A stretch of DNA of 64,000 nucleotides from Burkholderiales bacterium Ga0074133 (GCA_001464865.1 LNEG01000183.1:3921-67920), one strand, 5' to 3'. Numbered from the stretch's first letter, positions 1 to 9,681 are shown. Numbers and translations: made by a program. Notes: generated by a model not told the origin, from the letters alone.

Positions 1-541
1 CATAGACCCGCACACTGGGGCTGTGGAAAGCATCCACCAGCGCCTGGCGCACCGTGGCGTGGGCGCTGGCAGCCACCAGCGCCGTGGGCTGGCCCAGGGC
101 CACTTCCTGCGCAAAACTGGGGCCGCTGAGCACGCCCGCCAGCAACTGCGGGGCTACGCTGGCCTGCACCTCGTGGGCAAGCAGGCCGAAAGTCTCTGGT
201 CCGTCCGCGGGCGCAGCCTCAAAGCCCTTGCACAGCCACGCGGCCGGAACGCGCACGCCCTGCAGCGCCTGCAGCATGCCGCGCAGCGCCGCCATGGGCG
301 TGGCCACGATCACCAGGTCGGCATCGGTCAGCAGTGCACCGAAAGGACCGTCGGCCACGGAAAGAGAGGCGGGAAAAGGAATGCCAGGCAGGTAGCGGGC
401 GTTGTGGCGCCCGCTTCGCATCTCGCCGGCCTGTACGGCATCGCGGGCCCAGAGGGTGACCGCATGGCCCGCGGGATGCTGGGCCGCGCTCATCGCCACG
501 GCCGAACCCCATGCACCAGCACCCAGTACTATGATTTTCAT
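1..541 (-). CDS. gpsA: NAD(P)H-dependent glycerol-3-phosphate dehydrogenase (3' end runs off the window)
   Basis: Manual translation from ATG at 541: [16 protein letters not shown]...LIVATP...WLCKGFE...[13 protein letters not shown]...RVY; follows secB as in the usual grxC-secB-gpsA order. Not in the ORF track. Confidence 0.93.
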   Translation of the reverse strand, partial: MKIIVLGAGAWGSAVAMSAAQHPAGHAVTLWARDAVQAGEMRSGRHNARYLPGIPFPASLSVADGPFGALLTDADLVIVATPMAALRGMLQALQGVRVPAAWLCKGFEAAPADGPETFGLLAHEVQASVAPQLLAGVLSGPSFAQEVALGQPTALVAASAHATVRQALVDAFHSPSVRVY

Positions 542-592
542 AGCTATGAGTGCTTATGAATCAAGCGCCTGGGGCCAAAACGACCCCAATCT
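528..592 (+). repeat. GCTAY-N7-RTAGC dispersed repeat, copy A (overlaps gpsA start codon)
   Basis: ACTATGATTTTCATAGC (528-544) TATGAGTGC TTATGAATCA AGCGCCTGGGGCC AAAACGACC; same layout as the other copies. Confidence 0.7.
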
Positions 593-597
593 GCCGA

Positions 598-1056
598 TCA
601 CTGCGTGATGATGGGCGAAGGCTGGCCAGCGGCCTGGGCCTGCTGCTGCTCGTACATGGCCTGGAAGTTGATCTCGGCCAGGTTCACGGGCGGAAAGCCT
701 GCGCGGTTGATGATGTCGGCCACGTTGCCACGCAGGTAGGGGTAGACGATCTGCGGGCAGGCGATGCCCATGATGGGGCCCATCTGGTCTTCGGGGATGT
801 TGCGGATCTCGAAGATGCCGGCCTGCTTGGCTTCGACCAGGAACACGGTCTTGTCCTTGATCTTGGTCTGCACGGTGGCGGTCACGGCCACTTCAAACAC
901 GCCTTCTGCGACAGGGGTGGCTTCCACGCCAAGCTGGATGTCCACGCTGGGCTGTTCCTGCTCCAGGAGGATGCCGGGGGAGTTGGGTTGCTCCAGCGAC
1001 ATGTCCTTGAGGTAGACGCGCTGGATCTGGAACACGGGATTTTCTTGGTCGGCCAT
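598..1056 (-). CDS. secB: Protein-export chaperone SecB
   Basis: [19 protein letters not shown]...[10 protein letters not shown]...[10 protein letters not shown] signature. Confidence 0.97.
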   Translation of the reverse strand: MADQENPVFQIQRVYLKDMSLEQPNSPGILLEQEQPSVDIQLGVEATPVAEGVFEVAVTATVQTKIKDKTVFLVEAKQAGIFEIRNIPEDQMGPIMGIACPQIVYPYLRGNVADIINRAGFPPVNLAEINFQAMYEQQQAQAAGQPSPIITQ

Positions 1057-1090
1057 GGTGAAGTCTCTTTGCTTTTACGGAATTGCTGGC

Positions 1091-1127
1091 AAAACAAAAC
1101 CCGCCGCGGGAAGGTTCTCGCAGCGGG
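1091..1127 (-). terminator. Probable intrinsic terminator downstream of grxC
   Basis: On the minus strand, stem CCCGCTGCG/CGCGGCGGG followed by TTTTGTTTT. Confidence 0.55.
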
Positions 1128-1164
1128 CACATGGGGCCGCATTATGCCGCCCCGTTGAACGGTG

Positions 1165-1425
1165 TCAGGCGGCGCCCAGCAGGGGCATCAGCCCACCGCG
1201 ACCATCCAGCGCGACCAGGTCGTCATGGCCGCCCACGTGGGTGTCGCCGATGAAAATCTGCGGCACGGTGCGCCGGCCGGTGATCTCCATCATGTGGTTG
1301 CGCGCGGCGGGGTCCATGTCGATGCGGATCTCCTCGATCTGCTCCACACCCTTGGACTTGAGGATCTGCTTGGCACGGATGCAATAGGGGCAGACAGCGG
1401 TGGTGTACATCTTCACGGGTTGCAT
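1165..1425 (-). CDS. grxC: Glutaredoxin 3
   Basis: MQPVKMYTTAVCPYC...TVPQIFIGDTHVGG; CPYC active site. The true gene is the last 86 aa of the 485-aa track ORF. Confidence 0.95.
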   Translation of the reverse strand: MQPVKMYTTAVCPYCIRAKQILKSKGVEQIEEIRIDMDPAARNHMMEITGRRTVPQIFIGDTHVGGHDDLVALDGRGGLMPLLGAA

Positions 1426-1466
1426 GGCGAACTCCTGTGTATTGAAACAGTGCAGGTAAGGCCCGT

Positions 1467-1874
1467 TCAGGCTTTTTCTACAGGCAGGCTGGCTTCGCGC
1501 CAGGCCTTCATGCCGCCGGCCATGGCCTGGGCCTTTTCGTAGCCAAGCTTTTTGGCGATGCCCACAGCACGATTCGAGCGCGCGCCGCTGGCGCACACCA
1601 GCACCACGGGCACGGCCTTGTTCTTCACCAGGCCGGGCAGGCGCTCTTCCAGCTGGTTGAGCGGCACGTTCTTGGCGCCGCCCACATGTCCCAGCGCGAA
1701 CTCTTCCGTCTCGCACACGTCGACGACGACGGCTTTTTCGCGGTTGATGAGCTGCACAGCACCCGCTGGCGTCAGCGAGCCGCCCCCTGCACTTTTGAGC
1801 GTGGGCCACAGCAGCATGCTGCCCGAAGCCAGTGCGACGACGATCAGATACCAGTTTTCGATGATGAATTTCAC
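1467..1874 (-). CDS. Rhodanese-like membrane protein (YibN-like)
   Basis: GTG start; N-terminal TM ([21 protein letters not shown]); [28 protein letters not shown] loop; upstream of grxC. Confidence 0.88.
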   Translation of the reverse strand: MKFIIENWYLIVVALASGSMLLWPTLKSAGGGSLTPAGAVQLINREKAVVVDVCETEEFALGHVGGAKNVPLNQLEERLPGLVKNKAVPVVLVCASGARSNRAVGIAKKLGYEKAQAMAGGMKAWREASLPVEKA

Positions 1875-1947
1875 AAGGTTTCCTAGGGTTGGCGAACGCC
1901 GTAATTTTAGAATGCCTGATTTTGACCCGCATTTCCCTGGGGACCCC

Positions 1948-2691
1948 ATGTACAAACTCGTTCTGATCCGCCACGGCGAATCCACCTGGAACCTTGAAAA
2001 CCGCTTCACCGGCTGGACTGACGTGGACCTCACGCCCACTGGCGTGTCGCAGGCCATGTCGGCCGGCAAGCTGCTCAAGGCTGAGGGCTACGAGTTCGAC
2101 CTGGCGTTCACCAGCGTCCTCAAGCGCGCCATCCACACGCTCTGGTACGCGCTGGACGAAATGGACTGCACCTGGCTGCCCGTGGTCAAGGACTGGCGCC
2201 TGAACGAGCGCCACTACGGCGCCCTGCAGGGCCTGAACAAGGCCGACATGGCCAAGCAATACGGCGACGAGCAGGTGCTGGTGTGGCGTCGCAGCTATGA
2301 CACGCCTCCGCCCGCACTGGAGGCGGCCGACCCCCGCAGCGAGCGCAGCGACCGCCGGTACGCGGGCCTGGCTGAAGGTAGCGTGCCCCTGACGGAATGC
2401 CTCAAGGACACCGTGGAGCGCGTGCTGCCCTTCTGGAACGAAGCCATGGCCCCGGCCATCCGCTCGGGCAAGCGCGTGGTGCTGGCTGCGCATGGCAATT
2501 CCATTCGCGCCCTGGTGAAATACCTCGACGGCATTTCCGAGTCGGACATCGTCGGCCTGAACATTCCCAATGGGATTCCGCTGGTATATGAACTGGACGC
2601 CGATCTCAAGCCCATCCGCCACTACTATCTGGGCGACGCGGAAGCAGCGGCCAGGGCTGCAGCCGCTGTGGCTTCGCAGGGCAAAGCGTAA
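1948..2691 (+). CDS. gpmA: 2,3-bisphosphoglycerate-dependent phosphoglycerate mutase
   Basis: [33 protein letters not shown] motifs. Confidence 0.97.
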   Translation: MYKLVLIRHGESTWNLENRFTGWTDVDLTPTGVSQAMSAGKLLKAEGYEFDLAFTSVLKRAIHTLWYALDEMDCTWLPVVKDWRLNERHYGALQGLNKADMAKQYGDEQVLVWRRSYDTPPPALEAADPRSERSDRRYAGLAEGSVPLTECLKDTVERVLPFWNEAMAPAIRSGKRVVLAAHGNSIRALVKYLDGISESDIVGLNIPNGIPLVYELDADLKPIRHYYLGDAEAAARAAAAVASQGKA

Positions 2692-2825
2692 ACGCCGTGT
2701 AAAGCTGGGCCGGATGAGGCGTTTTGCGCCCGCCAGCCCTTTGAAAGTGCGGGCCTGCGCGGAACCGGGGCGCCTTCGGGCTCTCCAAGGTGTATATTGA
2801 TTTTTGTACCGGTAAAAGGTGTTGC

Positions 2826-4262
2826 ATGGGCCACAAACTGAAAATTGCGGGATGGGTATCGGTGGGGGTGGTGGCAGGCGCTCTCACCACGGTGTCACTC
2901 CAGACGGTGGCGCGCGGCGCCATGGCCCCCCTGCCGCTGGAAGAGATCCAGCAGCTTTCTGCGGTGTTCGGTCTGGTCAAGACCGACTACGTGGAGCCGG
3001 TGGACGACAAGAAGCTGATCACCGACGCCATCACCGGCATGGTTGCCAGCCTGGACCCGCATTCCCAGTATTTCGACAAGAAGTCCTTCAAGGAATTCCG
3101 CGAAGGTACGTCGGGTCGATTCGTCGGCGTGGGGATCGAGATCACCCAGGAAGAGGGCCTCATCAAGGTCGTTTCGCCCATCGAGGGCTCGCCCGCTTTC
3201 CGTGCGGGCCTGATGACCAATGACCTCATCACCAAGATCGACGACACGGCCGTCAAGGGCCTGTCGATCAACGAGGCCGTCAAGCGCATGCGCGGTGAGC
3301 CCAACACCAAGGTCACGCTCACCATCTTCCGCAAGGATGAAAACCGCTCGTTCCCGGTGACGATCACGCGCGAAGAGATCAAGACCCAGTCCGTCAAGGG
3401 CAAGGTGGTGGAGCCTGGCTATGCCTGGATACGCCTGTCGCAGTTCCAGGAGCGTACGGTCGATGATTTCGTGCGCAAGGTCGAGGAGGTGTATCGCCAG
3501 GAACCCAACCTCAAGGGCCTGGTGCTGGACCTGCGCAACGACCCGGGTGGCCTGCTGGATGCCGCCGTGGCCGTCTCGGCCGCCTTCCTGCCCGCGAACG
3601 TGACGGTGGTGACCACCAACGGGCAGCTGGCCGACAGCAAGGCCACGTACAAGGCCTCGCCGGATTACTACCAGCGCCGCGGCGGAGGCGATCCGCTCAA
3701 GCGGCTGCCTACCGCACTCAAGTCCGTGCCGCTGGTGGTGCTGGTCAACGAAGGCTCGGCCTCGGCCAGCGAAATCGTGGCTGGCGCGCTGCAGGACCAC
3801 AAGCGCGCCACCATCATGGGCAGCCAGACTTTCGGCAAGGGCTCGGTGCAGACGGTGCGCCCCCTGGGGCCTGACACCGGCATCAAGCTGACCACGGCCC
3901 GCTACTACACCCCGAGCGGCAAGTCGATCCAGGCCAAGGGCATCGTTCCTGACGTGATGATCGACGAGTCGGAAGAGGGCAACATCTTTGCGTCGCTGCG
4001 CATGCGCGAGGCCGACCTTGAAAAGCACCTGGGCAGCGGACAGGGCGAAGAAAAGAAGGACGCGGCCCGTGAAAAGGCGCGCGAGGAAGCCCGCAAGCGC
4101 CTGGAAGAAGAATCCAAAAAACCCGTGGCCGACCGCAAGGCGCCCGAGTTTGGCAGCGACAAGGATTTCCAGCTGGTGCAGGCCCTCAACCAGCTCAAGG
4201 GTCGCCCGGTGATCGTGAGCAAGGTCCTCGCCGAACGCAAGGAAGAAAAGAAAGAGAATTGA
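2826..4262 (+). CDS. ctpA: S41 family carboxyl-terminal processing protease
   Basis: Signal anchor, PDZ (GVGIEI), LDLRNDPGGLL, SASASEI (Ser) and TFGKGSVQ (Lys). Confidence 0.93.
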   Translation: MGHKLKIAGWVSVGVVAGALTTVSLQTVARGAMAPLPLEEIQQLSAVFGLVKTDYVEPVDDKKLITDAITGMVASLDPHSQYFDKKSFKEFREGTSGRFVGVGIEITQEEGLIKVVSPIEGSPAFRAGLMTNDLITKIDDTAVKGLSINEAVKRMRGEPNTKVTLTIFRKDENRSFPVTITREEIKTQSVKGKVVEPGYAWIRLSQFQERTVDDFVRKVEEVYRQEPNLKGLVLDLRNDPGGLLDAAVAVSAAFLPANVTVVTTNGQLADSKATYKASPDYYQRRGGGDPLKRLPTALKSVPLVVLVNEGSASASEIVAGALQDHKRATIMGSQTFGKGSVQTVRPLGPDTGIKLTTARYYTPSGKSIQAKGIVPDVMIDESEEGNIFASLRMREADLEKHLGSGQGEEKKDAAREKAREEARKRLEEESKKPVADRKAPEFGSDKDFQLVQALNQLKGRPVIVSKVLAERKEEKKEN

Positions 4263-4282
4263 GTTTTCTCGCGCTCAGCCTG

Positions 4283-4316
4283 AAAGGCCGGACTTCTTGC
4301 GGAAGCCGGCCTTTTT
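4283..4316 (+). terminator. Intrinsic terminator after ctpA
   Basis: AAAGGCCGG...CCGGCCTTT stem followed by a T run. Confidence 0.75.
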
Positions 4317-4349
4317 CATGCCCCCTTCCTCCTGCCTTCCCGCACAGCC

Positions 4350-5099
4350 ATGACCGACGACCAGCTCCTGCGCTACTCGCGCCACATCCTGCTTGACGAG
4401 GTAGGTATCGAAGGGCAGCAAGCCATGCTGGATGCGCACGCGCTGGTGATCGGTGCGGGTGGCCTGGGATCGCCCGCAGCGCTTTACCTGGCCTCGGCCG
4501 GAGTGGGGCGCATCACGCTGGTCGATGACGACGACGTTGACCTCACGAACCTGCAGCGGCAGATTGCGCACACCACCGCGCGCGTGGGTATGCCCAAGGT
4601 GGAGTCGGCCGCGCAGGCGATGGCCGCCATCAACCCTGAAGTGCAGGTCAGTGCCGTGCGCGCACGTGCCGACGCGGCGCTGCTCGACACCCTGGTGGCG
4701 CAGGCCACGGTGGTTCTCGATTGCTGCGACAACTACGCCACGCGCCAGGCAGTCAACGCGGCGTGCGTGCGCCACCGCGTGCCGCTTGTCTCGGGCGCCG
4801 TGATCCGGTTTGATGCGCAGATCAGCGTTTTCGATCCGCGGGCCGATGCTGCCCCTTGCTATGCATGCATTTTCCCGCCTGACGCCGAGTTTGAAGAGGT
4901 GCGTTGCTCGACGATGGGCGTCTTTGCGCCGCTCGTGGGGGTGGTGGGCGCCATGCAGGCCGCCGAAGCCCTCAAGCTGGTGGCAGGTATCGGCACCAGC
5001 CTGGCAGGGCGCATGCTGATGCTCGATGGCCGTTCCATGGAGTGGAGCACGATGCGCATGCAGCGTGCGCCCGATTGCCCGGTATGTGTTGCTCGGTAG
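4350..5099 (+). CDS. moeB: MoeB/ThiF family adenylyltransferase
   Basis: RYSRHILL, GAGGLG, DLTNLQRQI, two CxxC (CYAC, CPVC). Confidence 0.88.
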   Translation: MTDDQLLRYSRHILLDEVGIEGQQAMLDAHALVIGAGGLGSPAALYLASAGVGRITLVDDDDVDLTNLQRQIAHTTARVGMPKVESAAQAMAAINPEVQVSAVRARADAALLDTLVAQATVVLDCCDNYATRQAVNAACVRHRVPLVSGAVIRFDAQISVFDPRADAAPCYACIFPPDAEFEEVRCSTMGVFAPLVGVVGAMQAAEALKLVAGIGTSLAGRMLMLDGRSMEWSTMRMQRAPDCPVCVAR

Positions 5100-5111
5100 G
5101 ACCGCTCCTAC
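5096..5111. promoter_or_regulatory. Palindrome GTAGGA-CCGC-TCCTAC, candidate operator
   Basis: Perfect 6-bp inverted repeat with 4-bp spacer, about 85 bp upstream of the receiver gene; near-identical copy at 8381-8396. Confidence 0.5.
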
Positions 5112-5195
5112 ATACCCCGCCCGTCATGGCTGGCAAAATCAAATCGGATGAGCGCCTAAATTAGGCATTCAGCCGTGGTCGCCTTGCACGGTTGC

Positions 5196-5636
5196 ATGAA
5201 TGGATCGCCTGTGAAACTCCGCACCTACATCGTTGAAGACAACGCCACCATCCGCGAGAACCTGATTGGAACGCTGGAGGAACTGGCGTCGGTGGAAGCA
5301 GTGGGTGTTGCAGAGACTGAAGATGAGGGCAAAACCTGGCTGAGCTCCCACGGTGAAGAGTGGGACCTGGCCATCGTGGATCTGTTTCTCCGGCAGGGGA
5401 GCGGTCTCGGGGTTCTGGCTGCTTGCCGCGCCCGGCGGCCCGGCCAGCGCATGGTGGTGCTGAGCAACTATGCGACGCCCGATGTGCGCATGCGCTGTGC
5501 GCAACTGGGCGTGGATGCCGTGTTCGACAAGTCCAACGAGATCGATGCGCTGGTGGAGTACTGCATTCAGCACAGCAGCGGGCATTCGGGCGCCGATTCG
5601 GGCAAGCCTATGGTCATGTCCGGCCACTCTGCCTGA
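5196..5636 (+). CDS. Single-domain response regulator (receiver only)
   Basis: IVEDN, AIVDLFL (phospho-Asp), FDKS; no output domain. Start could be ATG 5196 or GTG 5211. Confidence 0.88.
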   Translation: MNGSPVKLRTYIVEDNATIRENLIGTLEELASVEAVGVAETEDEGKTWLSSHGEEWDLAIVDLFLRQGSGLGVLAACRARRPGQRMVVLSNYATPDVRMRCAQLGVDAVFDKSNEIDALVEYCIQHSSGHSGADSGKPMVMSGHSA

Positions 5637-5640
5637 CGCC

Positions 5641-5710
5641 CACCCCGCCAAACTTCCAGGCGGGTGTCGTGCGCGTTTTTCTTTTCTCTTCCCTTTCTTC
5701 TTTTCTCTGT
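5641..5710 (+). terminator. Hairpin plus long pyrimidine tract between convergent regulator genes
   Basis: CACCCCGCC/GGCGGGTG imperfect stem, then TTTTTCTTTTCTCTT... Confidence 0.4.
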
Positions 5711-5760
5711 CGTCGGTCCGGGCGTCCCAGCCGGGCGGGCCCCGGCTGAGTTCGCGCATG

Positions 5761-6393
5761 TCAGTCGATCAGGCGATTCTTCAGTGCGTAGTACGTGAGA
5801 TCGCTGTTGGACGACAGGCTCATCTTCTCCATCAGGCGCGTGCGGTAAGTGCTCACCGTCTTCACGCTCAGCGACAGTGCCTTGGCGATATCGCCTGCTG
5901 TCTCGCCCTTGGCCAGCTTGAGGAACACCTGGAATTCGCGCTCCGACAGCTGCTCGTGCGGCGGTGCGTCGTCCTTGCGGTTGAGCTGTTGCGCCAGCAG
6001 TTCGGCCACGGCGGGCGTGAGGTAGCGGCGGCCCAGTGCAATGGTACGAATCGCTTCCACGATTTCGGAGGGTTCGCATTCCTTGTTGAGATAGCCGCTC
6101 GCTCCCTGGCGAATCAGGTTGATCGCGTAGTGCTCTTCGGGGTAGCCGCTCAGGATGAGGATGCCCATGTCGGGTGCCTTGGCGCGCAGCATGGCCAGCG
6201 CATCAAGCCCGCTTTGACCCGGCATGGAAAGGTCCATCAGCAGCACGTCGATTTCCTTGTTGCGCACCAGGTCGATGGCCTCGCGCCCGTTGCCGGCCTC
6301 GCCTTCTACGCGCAGGTCCACATGTTCCGACAGAAACTGCCGCAGGCCGGAGCGAACAATCGCGTGGTCATCCACAATGCCAATCTTGATCAT
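5761..6393 (-). CDS. NarL/FixJ family response regulator (REC + LuxR HTH)
   Basis: IVDDHAIVRSGL, LLMDLSMP, LSEREFQVF...IAKALSLSVKTVSTYRTRLMEK. Confidence 0.93.
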   Translation of the reverse strand: MIKIGIVDDHAIVRSGLRQFLSEHVDLRVEGEAGNGREAIDLVRNKEIDVLLMDLSMPGQSGLDALAMLRAKAPDMGILILSGYPEEHYAINLIRQGASGYLNKECEPSEIVEAIRTIALGRRYLTPAVAELLAQQLNRKDDAPPHEQLSEREFQVFLKLAKGETAGDIAKALSLSVKTVSTYRTRLMEKMSLSSNSDLTYYALKNRLID

Positions 6394-6529
6394 CGATCTT
6401 TCTTTCGCGGGGCGGCAAAGCCAGCCCCGATGCGTATTGGTTGTACAGCGTCGCTAGCCGCACGCCGCGCCCTGCAACAGGGTGTGACGACGACCGAAAC
6501 ATAAGCATTCATTATCCAGAATAGAGCGC

Positions 6530-7936
6530 ATGAATCTCAAACAGAAGGCCCTCCGTTGGTTGCCAAAAGTACGCCAGATGGCGCTCAGTCTGCCCATGGC
6601 ATTGCTCGCCGCGATGGTGCTCGTGGGCATCAATGAAACGGGTCACATGCGATCGCAGGACGCGGTCCAGCAGATGGAGTTCGGACTGCTTGCGCGCAAG
6701 AACGTGAGCACCCTTTTGCAGAGCATGCTCGATGCCGAAACCGGCCAGCGCGGGTATCTGCTGACCGGCGACGAAACCTATCTCGCGCCCTACAGCGCGG
6801 CGGTTTCCACCGTGCATTCGAACCTCGACAACCTGCGCACGCAGTTCATGGCAGAGCCCAGCGACATGCAGGAATTTGCCTACCTGTCGCGGCAGGTTTC
6901 GCGCAAGCTGGCCGAAATGGAACTGAGCGTGCGCCTGCGCAGGCAGGGCAATGAAGACGCCTGGAAATTCGTGCTCCATACCGACCTGGGACGCGAGCAG
7001 ATGGATGCGATTCGCAGCCATGCGCAGGAGCTTCTCAAGCGCAGCGACGTCCGTCTGGAAGCCGGCCGCCAGCAGATTGAAGAGTCGCTGATGCTCTCGC
7101 GCATCGGCATTGCCACCGTCACGGCCATCGGGCTGCTGGCGTTCTACATGTACCTGCGCCAGGCACACGCGGTGCTGCTGGTGAACCAGCGCGAGCAGGC
7201 CTTGCTCGAGCGCGAGCGAGACCGCCTGGAAGGGCTGGTGAAACAGCGCACGGCCACGCTGTCCGAGCTTGCCAGCCACTTGCAGCAGGTGCGCGAGGAA
7301 GAACGCGGACACCTGGCGCGCGAGCTGCACGATGAGTTGGGCGCGCTGCTCACAGCCGCCAAACTGGACGTGGCGCGGCTCAAATCCAAGATCGACACGA
7401 CCGCGCCTGACGTCTCCGAACGGCTCAGGCACCTGACCGAAACACTCAACAGCGGCATCGCGCTCAAGCGCCGGATCATCGAAGACCTGCGCCCGTCATC
7501 GCTGTCGAATCTGGGCCTGACGGCGGCCATCGAAATCCTCACGCGTGAATACGCCGAGCGCGCCGGAATCGAGGTTGAAACCAGCCTCGAGGCGGTCAAG
7601 CTGCCCGATGCCTCGCAGCTCACCGTGTACCGCATGGTGCAGGAGGCGTTGACCAATATCGGCAAGTACGCCAAGGCGTCAAAAGTGCTGGTTTCGGTAC
7701 ACGGCTACCCCACCCATGTGGCCGTGCAGGTGCGCGACAACGGCGAGGGATTCGACCCCGCCACAGTGCGCCCGAATTCGCACGGGCTGTCCGGAATGCG
7801 CCATCGGGTGGAGGCTGCAGGAGGCCGCCTTTCCATCACTTCGCGGCCCGGAAACGGCACGCTGGTATCCGCTGTTTTGCCGCTCTCTGCCGGCGCGCAG
7901 GAGCTGCCGAAAACCAGCGATTCAGGGACCGCCTGA
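6530..7936 (+). CDS. CHASE3-domain sensor histidine kinase (HisKA_3)
   Basis: TM-LLQSMLDAETGQRGYLLTG (CHASE3)-TM; ARELHDELGA H-box; VQEALTNIGKYA, VRDNGEGF, HGLSGM. Confidence 0.93.
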   Translation: MNLKQKALRWLPKVRQMALSLPMALLAAMVLVGINETGHMRSQDAVQQMEFGLLARKNVSTLLQSMLDAETGQRGYLLTGDETYLAPYSAAVSTVHSNLDNLRTQFMAEPSDMQEFAYLSRQVSRKLAEMELSVRLRRQGNEDAWKFVLHTDLGREQMDAIRSHAQELLKRSDVRLEAGRQQIEESLMLSRIGIATVTAIGLLAFYMYLRQAHAVLLVNQREQALLERERDRLEGLVKQRTATLSELASHLQQVREEERGHLARELHDELGALLTAAKLDVARLKSKIDTTAPDVSERLRHLTETLNSGIALKRRIIEDLRPSSLSNLGLTAAIEILTREYAERAGIEVETSLEAVKLPDASQLTVYRMVQEALTNIGKYAKASKVLVSVHGYPTHVAVQVRDNGEGFDPATVRPNSHGLSGMRHRVEAAGGRLSITSRPGNGTLVSAVLPLSAGAQELPKTSDSGTA

Positions 7937-8380
7937 GCCCCCGAAATCGGTGTGGCATCTCATACAAATTGTTTCCATTTTGTAAGGGTCTCACGCCCGT
8001 TTTCAGGTTGGCCTGAAGGTCGGGCGTTGTTCCGTGCGTTTGCACCGTGGGCGCGAAAGGCGCGTGCTACGGGGGAGGCCGTGCAGCTGCTGGTGTGCGG
8101 TCAGTGATGTTCCGCAGCCGGTCACACCGCACACACACCACGATGCGCGGCGTAACAGCAAGGGGGCCTCGGCGCGAACCATCACGCCGTGTGCATCTGC
8201 GGGCTCGGGAGGTCTGCGGCTGTGCGACGACTCGCCATGGCACTGCTATCGCTGTGCTTTGTAGCTTGCAGGGCATCCCGATCCGCAGCGCGCGCCTGGC
8301 AGCTCGATCCGTGCATGGGCTCCCAGGGCGTTCTTCAAGGCTCCTTCTTTGCTCCTTGCCCAGCGCAGCCAGCGCGCCAG

Positions 8381-8396
8381 GTAAGAAACGTCCTAC
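8381..8396. promoter_or_regulatory. GTAAGA-AACG-TCCTAC, second copy of the candidate operator
   Basis: 11/12 match to the arms at 5096-5111, same spacer length; about 140 bp upstream of the DUF1328 gene. Confidence 0.5.
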
Positions 8397-8538
8397 AGAG
8401 AGTGCCCCGCGATGCCGACACGGCCCCGCGCCGCGGGATGGCATCGCTGGCAGGGTCGCTCGCCTACATTGAACTCCAGACGCCGAGAAGGCGGGCCCCT
8501 GACGCCGGAAAGCCGGTCCCTTCCATGAGGAGAGCGAG

Positions 8539-8703
8539 ATGTTGCACTACGCAGTTGTTTTTCTGGTGATCGCGCTGATCGCCGCCATCTTTGGATTTGG
8601 CGGCATCGCCGCCGGTGCCGTGGGCATCGCCAAGATTCTTTTCTTCGTCTTCGTGATCATGGCCGTTGTGACATTTGTCCTCAGCCTGGTGCGAAAGGGA
8701 TGA
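8539..8703 (+). CDS. DUF1328 (YtjA-like) small membrane protein, 54 aa
   Basis: Manual translation [54 protein letters not shown]; RBS GAGGAG. Too short for the ORF track. Confidence 0.92.
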   Translation: MLHYAVVFLVIALIAAIFGFGGIAAGAVGIAKILFFVFVIMAVVTFVLSLVRKG

Positions 8704-8768
8704 CGGCACACCCCGCCGCTGGCCCATTCCGCACCAACCCCTTTTCCTCATTTCACAGGAGCAGTTCA

Positions 8769-9173
8769 ATGAACAATGACAACCTCAGCAACGCAGCCAC
8801 CACCGGCATTCGCAACCTCGCCGATGACGCGCTCAAGAGCGCGCAGGACACGGTGCAGTCCACGCGCCAGGCGGCGCACAGCACTCTGGACAAGGCCGAA
8901 GAGGGTGTGCATGCCCTGCGCGGCAAGGCGGACCCGATCATTGATGACCTGGCTGCCCGCGCCCAGGATCTGGCTTCGCGCAGCATTGACTACTGCGCTG
9001 AAACCAGCGCCAAGGCGCGCCGCCAGCTGCACGATGCCGCCAACGCCACCACACGGTATGTGGAGCAGCAGCCCGGCAAGGCGGTGATGATTGCGGCCGC
9101 TTCCGGTGCGGCACTCGCCACGCTCATGTTCTGGATGTCGCGCAGCCGCGGTCGCCGGGCCGGCACTTACTGA
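8769..9173 (+). CDS. ElaB/YqjD/DUF883-like tail-anchored protein
   Basis: Helical Ala/Gln/Asp-rich body, then YVEQQPGKAVMIAAASGAALATL plus basic tail; RBS CAGGAG. Confidence 0.7.
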   Translation: MNNDNLSNAATTGIRNLADDALKSAQDTVQSTRQAAHSTLDKAEEGVHALRGKADPIIDDLAARAQDLASRSIDYCAETSAKARRQLHDAANATTRYVEQQPGKAVMIAAASGAALATLMFWMSRSRGRRAGTY

Positions 9174-9363
9174 TACGAATGCTGCCAGGTCCTGCACACC
9201 GGGGTGTGAAGGGCCTGGCACCGGCGACTGCCGCTTGCGCTGAATGACACCGCATGCGGCAAGCGCCGTCCCCGCATTTGCTGGCCACGGAGGGTGCAAC
9301 AGGCTGGCAAAGATGCAGTGTTTGCGCACCCGTGTCCCCACCATCGTTCCCAAGGAAAAAATC

Positions 9364-9681
9364 ATGAAATACGCACGTGCTATCGCTTTCGCCGCTGTCG
9401 CTGGCATCACCATCATCACGGCCACTGGCTGCTCGGTCGCGCGCAACCAGCAAACCGCTGGTTCGTACGTGGACGACGCTGGCATCACGGCGGCAGTGAA
9501 GGCCAAGATGGCTGAAGACAAGAACGTGTCGGCAACGTCGATCAGCGTCGAAACCCTCAACGGCACGGTACAGCTGTCGGGCTTTGCCAAGTCGCAGACA
9601 GAAAAGACGCAAGCCGAAAACATTGCGCGCAACACCAAGAACGTGCGCGAAGTGCGCAACAGCATCGTTGTGCGTCCCTGA
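9364..9681 (+). CDS. BON-domain (OsmY-like) lipoprotein
   Basis: Lipobox TATGC; YVDDAGITAAVKAKM...ISVETLNGTVQLSGF...VRNSIVV; RBS AAGGA. Confidence 0.9.
   Translation: MKYARAIAFAAVAGITIITATGCSVARNQQTAGSYVDDAGITAAVKAKMAEDKNVSATSISVETLNGTVQLSGFAKSQTEKTQAENIARNTKNVREVRNSIVVRP

Noticed and set aside
1165-2622. 485-aa minus-strand ORF
   Set aside because: Only the last 86 aa (GrxC) are real; the rest is antisense to gpmA and out of frame over the rhodanese gene.
8245-8290. GCTAT-N11-GTAGC TTGCAGGGC as a 12th repeat copy
   Set aside because: Spacer length is wrong and the downstream body matches weakly; possibly a decayed copy, not counted.
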